From: an uncultured virus (IMG/VR IMGVR_UViG_3300045005_000111)
Lineage: Duplodnaviria; Heunggongvirae; Uroviricota; Caudoviricetes
Length of the DNA: 20,000 nt
IMG/VR virus record: IMGVR_UViG_3300045005_000111
Reading direction: 5' to 3' (one strand)
The notes under the pieces were generated by a model that saw only the letters and a program-made list of their open reading frames with translations, did no database searches and had not been told where the DNA came from. A program made the translations under genes and the position numbers. Positions 1 through 6,632 of this stretch are shown one piece after another (within the stretch, counting starts at the first letter, position 1; each line of letters starts with the position of its first letter).

Positions 1-1659
1 GCTGCGGGCGACATCCGAAACGGCCGCGTTCATGGCGTCGACGAGCTTGTCGTCCTTCCGCATCTCCTCGGTCATCGACCCCTGCATGGTCGAGGAGAAC
101 ACCTGGAACAACCGAGGCTCGATGTCTGCCTTACCCTGGAGCGCGCGAGCCTGTGCAGTCAAGTTCTTGTCGGCAATCGTCTTCTGGTTCGTGGCCGTCT
201 GGTACCGCACCTTCTCGACCACGTCGCCGCGCATACCGCCCTTCTGCATCACGTCCAAGAATGATCCTTCGCCATATCCGCTCGGCAGGTACACGCTCTT
301 CTTGGCTCCGCCGAACGTGTACTCGGTGTCGCCACGGGCCAGGGCTTCGTAGATGGCTTTGGCCTCGGTCCCCTCTTTGAACCCGCCGAACTCCTCCTGC
401 AGCCGCATGACCGTGGCGAGTTGCTGCGCGATCGGCGAGGCCGCCGCATTGGTCTCGAGCTGGACGGCCAGAGCCGCCGCCTTGTCCTTATCGGCCATGC
501 CCCAGCGACGCATACCGCCAGCCATGTTGCCGTACGCAGTCGCGAAAGCGGCCGCGCCCTGAGCGCTAGTGGCCGCGAACCTACGGTCGAGGCCGAACTG
601 GTCTCCCCGCTGGGCCGCCGTGGCAACGAGCTGCATCATGGCGGTCATGTCCATGCCGCCGGCCCGAGCAATATTAGAGGTGGTGCGAACCATCCGCTCG
701 ACTTGTTCAGGACTCATGCTCTGCATGCCGTTCTGCGTGAGCATTTGCAGGCCGTTCATCAACATCGACATCGGGGCGTCGGGCTGACCCATCTCGCCGA
801 AAATGTCTTGCATGGCGGCGACGGCGCCGGCCATGTTCTTGAGCTTGTCGGCGATTCTGTCCGCCTCGAACTGGCGGAGCTTCATGTCCAGAGTCGGGTT
901 GTCGAGCTTACGCAACTCCGCGACGGTGGTATTCTGCGCGGTGGCAATGCGCTCGAGCGAGGCGTCGCGGGACAGGCCGGAGCCCATGAGTCCACGGCGA
1001 CTCATCTCGTCGTAGAGCTGTCCGGCCCGGCCGGCGCCGAGACCCTTCATCTCCCGGACGTCGGCGTCCGGTCCGTAGAGCCGGTCGTACACCCGCCTGG
1101 TGAGCTGCGAGACGCTGTCGCCGGTCAGTCCGGTCCGGCCAGTGACGGGGTCTATCTGGTACCGGCCGCCCAGATTCATCTGCTGGGCCATGATGAGCGC
1201 AGAGCCCCTCGACCCGTGGAGCCGGTCGAACATCTCTGGAGCCATCGGGGCAATCATGGGCATGATGCGGGACATGTCGCCGGCGAGAGTGGAGGCCGCG
1301 CGGCGCTCGCGTACGCCGAACGGCGTGCCGGCCATTTGGGCCATCCCGGCGAACATGTCGATGTAGGTCTGCTGATCGACCTCGGACCCTCTGCGCATCG
1401 CCTCCTGTTGGGCAGCGAAAAGGGCCTTGTCTCGGTACTGGTTGTAGAGGTTCCCCATCGGCAGGAACTGGGCCGACATGAACTTGTCACCGAGGAACTT
1501 TCCGAGCATCGGCTGAAGAACCATGTTCAGCATCATGCCCTCGGGGCCGCCCACCCCGAGCAGTCCGGCCATGTTCATGTCCGGAGACATGGACAACGGC
1601 CGGCCCTGGAACATCGTCCCGCCGGACTGCGCGAGTGCTTGCAGAAATGGGTCTGCCAC
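1..1659 (-). CDS. Tape measure protein, N-terminal 553 codons (runs off the left edge)
   Basis: Absent from the ORF track because it has no stop in the window. GTG start at 1659 with GGAGGGG SD at 1665-1671; my translation is open to base 1 (MADPFLQALAQSGGTMFQGRPLSMSPDMNMAGLLGVGG...KLKNMAGAVAAMQDIFGEMG...DAMNAAVSDVARS). Ala/Gly/Met-rich and helical-looking, directly after the tail chaperone pair. Confidence 0.8.
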   Translation of the reverse strand, partial: MADPFLQALAQSGGTMFQGRPLSMSPDMNMAGLLGVGGPEGMMLNMVLQPMLGKFLGDKFMSAQFLPMGNLYNQYRDKALFAAQQEAMRRGSEVDQQTYIDMFAGMAQMAGTPFGVRERRAASTLAGDMSRIMPMIAPMAPEMFDRLHGSRGSALIMAQQMNLGGRYQIDPVTGRTGLTGDSVSQLTRRVYDRLYGPDADVREMKGLGAGRAGQLYDEMSRRGLMGSGLSRDASLERIATAQNTTVAELRKLDNPTLDMKLRQFEADRIADKLKNMAGAVAAMQDIFGEMGQPDAPMSMLMNGLQMLTQNGMQSMSPEQVERMVRTTSNIARAGGMDMTAMMQLVATAAQRGDQFGLDRRFAATSAQGAAAFATAYGNMAGGMRRWGMADKDKAAALAVQLETNAAASPIAQQLATVMRLQEEFGGFKEGTEAKAIYEALARGDTEYTFGGAKKSVYLPSGYGEGSFLDVMQKGGMRGDVVEKVRYQTATNQKTIADKNLTAQARALQGKADIEPRLFQVFSSTMQGSMTEEMRKDDKLVDAMNAAVSDVARS

Positions 1660-1663
1660 GTCG

Positions 1664-1677
1664 GCCCCTCCGTGGGC
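1664..1677 (-). promoter_or_regulatory. SD hairpin GCCC-ACGGAG-GGGC (CsrA/RsmA-type site) of the tape measure gene
   Basis: Plus strand gcccctccgtgggc; on the mRNA a 4-bp stem with a C-G-closed ACGGAG hexaloop overlapping the SD. Confidence 0.7.
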
Positions 1678-2166
1678 TCACTTCGCGCCTTTGTTGATGC
1701 TGCCGGCGGACCAACCGTCAAAACCGCCCTGCTTCGTCCCCGACCGGTTCAGTTTGGAGGTCAGATCGTTGGCGATCTTCTCCATCTTCGATCGGAATAC
1801 CGGGTCGCTCATGTCCCCGATGACCCGCTTGTATTTCTCGATCAACGATTCGTTCTCGGACCCCAGGCCGGCGGCGTCCTTTTGCTGGTTCAACCACGGC
1901 CGCAGCGCAGCATCCAAATCCTCGAGCGTCTTGCCCGACAGCTTCCATGCCTTCTCGAAGAGCTTGGCGTCGTCGGTGCCGAGAGCCCCAGTGTACCGCA
2001 TGTGACGTGCGAGAGCCACTTCAGCCCGCTTCGAGCCGGAGTACGCCTTGGTGAGCCAGCTCAGCCGCAGAGACCACCGGCGATCGAGCAGATCGGCGTC
2101 GCGGAAGTCCACGACGCCGTCGGCGGCCATCCCCACAAGAAGGGACGCTACCCGATCGCCTTCCAG
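1678..2166 (-). CDS. Tail assembly chaperone frameshift extension (gpT-like), 162 codons; alternative independent start ATG at 2130
   Basis: This is the C-terminal part of ORF 1678..2679 and lies in the -1 frame relative to the end of the chaperone gene. It fills the gap before the tape measure gene, and ATG 2130 has no convincing SD. Confidence 0.65.
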   Translation of the reverse strand: MEGDRVASLLVGMAADGVVDFRDADLLDRRWSLRLSWLTKAYSGSKRAEVALARHMRYTGALGTDDAKLFEKAWKLSGKTLEDLDAALRPWLNQQKDAAGLGSENESLIEKYKRVIGDMSDPVFRSKMEKIANDLTSKLNRSGTKQGGFDGWSAGSINKGAK

Positions 2167-3401
2167 AAATCCGGGTTTTCCGCCATCACCTGCAGCTTGT
2201 CGCAGACCGCCTGGAACTCGTTGTAGGCGTGGCCGATGATCGAGCGGAGCTGCTCGGTCGGACACACCTGTTCGATCACGGCGTCGAACACCTCGACCAG
2301 TTTGGTGTCGGGGAACTTCGGCGGGTCGCTCTCGATCTCCTCGATCGGCGGCACCTCGATCGTTCCGTTCACGTCGCTTTCGATCTTCTCGATCGACATT
2401 ATCATTCTGTACGTCATCAGATTCCGCCAGTAGAACGGCGTGTCGTTCACCAGGCGGTTCTTGAGATCCGACTGCGCGTCCACCACGATCTGGCGGAACG
2501 CCATGTCCACTTCTCGGGAGGTGAGAGAGCGGAACACGAGTTTGAGCTGGCCGCCGAACAGGAGCCGTTCTTGACGAAACCGTTGGCCGCCGAGAACGGA
2601 CTGGACGAAGTTCAACTTGTCCAAGTCGGTGATCGGAGTGTCGTCCTGTTTCTTCAGATCGAAGCCGCAGTGAGGACACTCGACCGGATGGAGCAGCCCG
2701 CCGGCGCCCTCTGGGGGAGAGGCGACGCGCGGGGGTAACGCCGAACCGGCCGCCGTGGGGGACGGCGTGTATGCCGGTTGCGCCGGGGGCTGCGGGGGAG
2801 CTGTCGTCCGTCCACCAGGCGAGAGATCGTCGACGAACTCGACGACGCCCTGTTGGGGACGTGGTTGGGGGGAAGGAGCGGACGCAGCACGGGGGGACGG
2901 GTCGACCGGGTTGGCGCCCGGCCTCATGATCTTGGCGAACGCGTCGATGGCCTCTGCCGCCGATCGGACTTTGTCTGGCGGAGCCTTCGAGATATCGACC
3001 GGCAGCGGCGCTTTCAGGACGTGGTCCATCTTCACGTCCGGATGATACGGAACCGGACCTTCGAGCGCCCTCTGGTGCGCGGCGATCTGTTGGGCGATGT
3101 CGGTCGGGACCGGTTTCTTCGGATCGACGTTGAGTTTCTTCAATCCCTCGAGCTCAAAATCCGTGTACACGGTGCCGGCAGGAATGAATTCAGGACCCTG
3201 CGGCGCGGGACCAACGACGCCGCCAAGAGATGCCGGGTCGACACCGGACTGTCCGAGAAAGTTAATCACGCCCTCCGGCAGCTCGGCCGGAAATCCCGCC
3301 GGCAGACTGGTCGGCGGAGGAGGCGGTACGGGAGCGGCCGGAGCAGCGGGCGGAGACGGCTTCTTCGCCGACCCGACGCGACGGATGGGTTTGTCTGCCA
3401 T
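2148..3401 (-). CDS. Tail assembly chaperone (gpG-like), 417 aa, with Pro-rich N-terminal region and CxxC (CPHCG)
   Basis: ATG at 3401 with AAAGGA SD. The C-terminal domain has a chaperone-like 'LKLVFRSLTSREVD' segment and ends ENPDFWKAIG. It lies just upstream of the tape measure gene. Confidence 0.65.
   Translation of the reverse strand: MADKPIRRVGSAKKPSPPAAPAAPVPPPPPTSLPAGFPAELPEGVINFLGQSGVDPASLGGVVGPAPQGPEFIPAGTVYTDFELEGLKKLNVDPKKPVPTDIAQQIAAHQRALEGPVPYHPDVKMDHVLKAPLPVDISKAPPDKVRSAAEAIDAFAKIMRPGANPVDPSPRAASAPSPQPRPQQGVVEFVDDLSPGGRTTAPPQPPAQPAYTPSPTAAGSALPPRVASPPEGAGGLLHPVECPHCGFDLKKQDDTPITDLDKLNFVQSVLGGQRFRQERLLFGGQLKLVFRSLTSREVDMAFRQIVVDAQSDLKNRLVNDTPFYWRNLMTYRMIMSIEKIESDVNGTIEVPPIEEIESDPPKFPDTKLVEVFDAVIEQVCPTEQLRSIIGHAYNEFQAVCDKLQVMAENPDFWKAIG
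2166..2181 (-). promoter_or_regulatory. Candidate programmed -1 frameshift site (G GAA AAC CCG GAT TTC)
   Basis: mRNA GCG GAA AAC CCG GAT TTC TGG contains slippery candidates G-GAT-TTC (2166-2172) and G-GAA-AAC (2175-2181). The -1 frame reads GKPGFLEGDRVAS and stays open to 1678. Confidence 0.55.
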
Positions 3402-3419
3402 GTGAGCATCCTTTCTCAC
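3402..3419 (-). promoter_or_regulatory. SD hairpin GTGAG-AAAGGATG-CTCAC (GGA in loop)
   Basis: 5-bp stem immediately before the chaperone ATG; the loop contains AAGGAUG. Confidence 0.55.
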
Positions 3420-6040
3420 CCGATGATCGGGTAGTTGCCGTCCAGCGCCGCCGCCTTGGCGGTCGCGGGCTTGGGTTCTTCGTGTTCTTCCCTGGCCTTC
3501 GGTTTACCCTGTGGCACATCGTACAGCATCAGATCGACCGTGCGGAAGTTCGATCCCGTCCAGCAGTCTTTGCCGGGCCACGGATAAGTCGTCTCGGACC
3601 CGGCCATGACCGGTTTCTCGGTCCACTTCTGCGTCGTCTGACCTGCCAATCGACTGCGCTGCTGCCAGCGGCTCTCGTACAGCTTGTAGTTTTCCGTCTT
3701 GCACTGTGTTGTCGAGCGGAACGAGAACTCGATGTACTCCTGGGTCTGATCGTTTCCGACCCGGTTGATAGGGTAGTGCGGTGTGTCGAGCTTCTTGTTG
3801 TACGTCTCCCCGCAGGACTCGCACCCCTCGTTGATGATCGACCGGATCCGTTCGAGGTTGGACTGCACCTGCCCCAGACCCGGATCCGACAGCGACGGGA
3901 CCAGGTTACTATAGGCATCGGCGTCGGAAGTGAAGACGTGACCCTGAGCCACAAACACGGAATTCTGGAACTGGGCGTAACCCTTCGCCAGCAAGTCGCG
4001 GTCGGCCATCAGGTACCCGCACACCACCGTGGCGGTCTTCGAGTACCAGTTGCAGTCCGAGTACGAACCCTCCTTACCGAACGCGTCGAACACGTTCTGG
4101 TCGACCAAGTTGAAGTTCGACTGGCCCTGTAGGACGATGTCGCCTTTGCTCTTGGCCGAATCGAGGACGATGTTGCCGACCTTTCCTTCTGCCCCCGAGC
4201 GAACGTATACGTCGTTGACCGCCAGAATGCCGATGATGCCCTCGCTCTTGAGAAGCACGCCGTTCGACTTTACGTCGGTGCCGACTTTGCCGACGAACTC
4301 CTGGTCGAAGCCCTTCGCCCGACTCTCGAGAAGCAACGCCCCTTTCCCCGAGTTGCCGGCAGTGATCTGCGTGTTGAACTCCGACTTGACGCGGACGTCC
4401 TCCGTCGTCGCCGACAATTCGACGTTCTTGTAACCCCGGACGACGGCGTCGCGACCGGCCAGGGTGACGGCGTTGCGCCCGGCCCGGTTTAACACGTCGC
4501 CGGGAGCGGACACCTCGGCCGTGCCGTCGATGAACCGCAGCTCCTCACCGTGGCCGCCGGCCAGAACCATGTTGCCGCCGGGCAGGAGCTTGATCATCGA
4601 CATCAGCTTGTAGAACTTCGCCTTGTACCGGTGGTCGACCTTGAATTCGACGGGCTCCGAGTCGTCGAAGAACTGCTGGTCGGCGAGTACGCCGAACGGC
4701 ACCTGCTCCTCGGTACCTTGAACCTCGTCCGGCTCGCGAAGCTCGAAGTCTTTTTCGTGGTAGTGGAACGGGTGGTCGCCCCGCCACTGCATCGAGTACG
4801 AAGTGTCGTCGTCGGACGCCAGGGCGCGGATAACCCCCTCGTTCTCCCCGTTCACGTCCAGCGGGGCTTTCATCTTGTGCGAGCTGTTGTCGTACCCCGA
4901 CTCGACGGAATCGCCGGTCTTGTCCTCCGGCCGCTTGACGCGGGTCGGCGGCGCCCACGGCGGAGTCATGGCGATCGTGATGCCCTGAGCCGACCGTAGG
5001 AAGTAGTACCCGTCCATCGCCAGGGCTTCTTCCCACGCCGCTTTCGTGTCGGCCGGATCCTTCAGCCGGTTGAGTTCGCCCTCCTCTGGAGGCAGAACCA
5101 TGACGCGGCGGAATCCCTGACCCAAATAACCCTGGTACTCACGGAACCGATAGAACGCGGCCTGGTCGTCGTGCTTGGTGTCGAGATTGGCCCGGTACGG
5201 CTCGTCCTGCTGCGTCTGCTCGGCGGTGTACGACTTGGTCGGATCGGTGCCCTTCTCGAACGCCCCGAGCGCTTCGTGCGGGTACGGAGTTGTGCCCACC
5301 TCCCGACTGAATTCGCCCTCGTCGTTGAGCTGCTCGTCTTCGCGGCCGCCGGATCGAATCTGCACGTTTTCGCCGGCCATGCGAGCGAGCTGGTCGTGAT
5401 AGAACGCCCAGAACCCGGTGTTCTCGTCCGCCCGCAGAAACGCCATGAACGAGTCGACGAACACCGCGACGCCGGTCTCGGCTATGTATCCCCACTCGCC
5501 GAGAGCCGTCTCGTCGAGCGGACGGCCGTTGGAGAAGTCGACGATACCGTGCTTCTGGATCTGCAGCAGGGCCGTGATGACCTGCTGACTGGCAGGGGCG
5601 TGCCCGCTGGCCTGGGAGATGTAGTCCGAGATCACCTGCCGCTTATCGGAGACGTACGGCGGCTCGACGCCGATGATGCATCCGTATCCGGACCGTGGGT
5701 GCTTCACATAGAAGACGCGGCTGTTGGGCTGGAGTGCCCCGATACGACACACGCCCACAGGAGTCAGGGCAGCGTCGGACAGGAGACAGCAGGAGATGAT
5801 GATATTGCCCTGGTCCGGGGTCACCCGGTACCAGCCGAAGAACGGCATGACCTCGGTCACCCGCCCCGAGCGTACCTGGAGCTGATTACCGAGGTCGAGA
5901 TGAGCCTGGCCCGACGACCCGACGGCGTCGGACTTCGGCTGCGACTTGTCGATCTGGGCCTCGAGGCGCTGAACCTGCGCCTCGAGCCCGACCACCATGT
6001 TCTGCAGCGAACTGATGATCTCCGCGATGTTGACCGGCAT
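3416..6040 (-). CDS. Baseplate spike/hub-like protein (gp5/gpV/VgrG-like), 874 aa
   Basis: N-terminal coiled coil, then an OB-fold-like segment (RSGRVTEVMPFFGWYRV...GALQPNSRVFYV), then a beta-helix-like repeat region (GNMVLAGGHGEELRFIDGTAEVSAPGDVLNRAGRNAVTLAGRDAVVRG). GGGAG SD; tail module context. Confidence 0.55.
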   Translation of the reverse strand: MPVNIAEIISSLQNMVVGLEAQVQRLEAQIDKSQPKSDAVGSSGQAHLDLGNQLQVRSGRVTEVMPFFGWYRVTPDQGNIIISCCLLSDAALTPVGVCRIGALQPNSRVFYVKHPRSGYGCIIGVEPPYVSDKRQVISDYISQASGHAPASQQVITALLQIQKHGIVDFSNGRPLDETALGEWGYIAETGVAVFVDSFMAFLRADENTGFWAFYHDQLARMAGENVQIRSGGREDEQLNDEGEFSREVGTTPYPHEALGAFEKGTDPTKSYTAEQTQQDEPYRANLDTKHDDQAAFYRFREYQGYLGQGFRRVMVLPPEEGELNRLKDPADTKAAWEEALAMDGYYFLRSAQGITIAMTPPWAPPTRVKRPEDKTGDSVESGYDNSSHKMKAPLDVNGENEGVIRALASDDDTSYSMQWRGDHPFHYHEKDFELREPDEVQGTEEQVPFGVLADQQFFDDSEPVEFKVDHRYKAKFYKLMSMIKLLPGGNMVLAGGHGEELRFIDGTAEVSAPGDVLNRAGRNAVTLAGRDAVVRGYKNVELSATTEDVRVKSEFNTQITAGNSGKGALLLESRAKGFDQEFVGKVGTDVKSNGVLLKSEGIIGILAVNDVYVRSGAEGKVGNIVLDSAKSKGDIVLQGQSNFNLVDQNVFDAFGKEGSYSDCNWYSKTATVVCGYLMADRDLLAKGYAQFQNSVFVAQGHVFTSDADAYSNLVPSLSDPGLGQVQSNLERIRSIINEGCESCGETYNKKLDTPHYPINRVGNDQTQEYIEFSFRSTTQCKTENYKLYESRWQQRSRLAGQTTQKWTEKPVMAGSETTYPWPGKDCWTGSNFRTVDLMLYDVPQGKPKAREEHEEPKPATAKAAALDGNYPIIG

Positions 6041-6087
6041 TGAGTCTCCCGATCTACCGAATCGCCACGCCGGTCGTCACCGTGCGA

Positions 6088-6552
6088 TTACGGGATCCGG
6101 TTGAGTTGCCCGAACATTCCCTGGACCTGCTCGTTGATGAGCATGTCCTGGGCCTGCATCGAGTACGCGACGGACATCAACACGACCGCCTTCGCGATCA
6201 GGATGATGAAGCCGCCCACCCCGGCGCCGGAACAGGCCGAATTCCCGAGTAGCAGGAAGACGTCCTTGTCGCCCTTGGAACACGGATTCCCCAGAAGGGC
6301 GAGGAACGCCGACCCGACGATCGACGGGCCGATGATCTTGCCGAGCTGGATCTGGCCGGTGGTACGACCAACGACGTAGTAGCGGTTGTTCGAGCCGATC
6401 TCGAACAGAGTGTTCACGGTCTGACTGTAGTTGATGCTGAGCTGCTGGATCAAGTGGGTAGCCATCGCTTGACCACCGATGATCAGCACGCTCGCATCGG
6501 CAGCGAAGGCCCCGGCGAAGGGGCTGTCGTTGCGACCGAAAATGTCAGCCAT
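6088..6552 (-). CDS. Tail tube protein, 154 aa
   Basis: Immediately downstream of the sheath; tube-like motif LIQQLSINYSQTVNTLFEIGS..YYVVGRTTGQIQL; typical size; GGAGG SD. Confidence 0.8.
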   Translation of the reverse strand: MADIFGRNDSPFAGAFAADASVLIIGGQAMATHLIQQLSINYSQTVNTLFEIGSNNRYYVVGRTTGQIQLGKIIGPSIVGSAFLALLGNPCSKGDKDVFLLLGNSACSGAGVGGFIILIAKAVVLMSVAYSMQAQDMLINEQVQGMFGQLNRIP

Positions 6553-6558
6553 TGCTCA

Positions 6559-6572
6559 GGACCTCCGTGTCC
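6559..6572 (-). promoter_or_regulatory. SD hairpin GGAC-ACGGAG-GTCC (CsrA/RsmA-type site) of the tube gene
   Basis: mRNA ACACGGAGGU matches (A/U)CANGGANG(U/A) exactly; 4-bp stem. Confidence 0.75.
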
Positions 6573-6573
6573 G

Positions 6574-6604
6574 TTAAGGAGGGGCGTCGTGCCCCTCCCG
6601 TTAA
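6574..6604. other. Strong intergenic hairpin between sheath and tube (GGAGGGGC-5 nt-GCCCCTCC, extendable with flanking TTAA)
   Basis: Perfect 8-bp inverted repeat 6578-6585/6591-6598; no U-tract on the coding strand. Confidence 0.6.
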
Positions 6605-6632
6605 TTGTGGATGCGCCTCGACTTTCTCCGGG

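Noticed and set aside
2148..2150. Stop-codon reassignment or TAG read-through
   Set aside because: Genes are intact under the standard code, and in-frame read-through of this TAG meets a TGA within about 30 codons
2190..2679. N-terminal half of ORF 1678..2679 as a real protein
   Set aside because: Overlaps the chaperone in another frame with shadow-like composition; only the part after about 2166 looks protein-like
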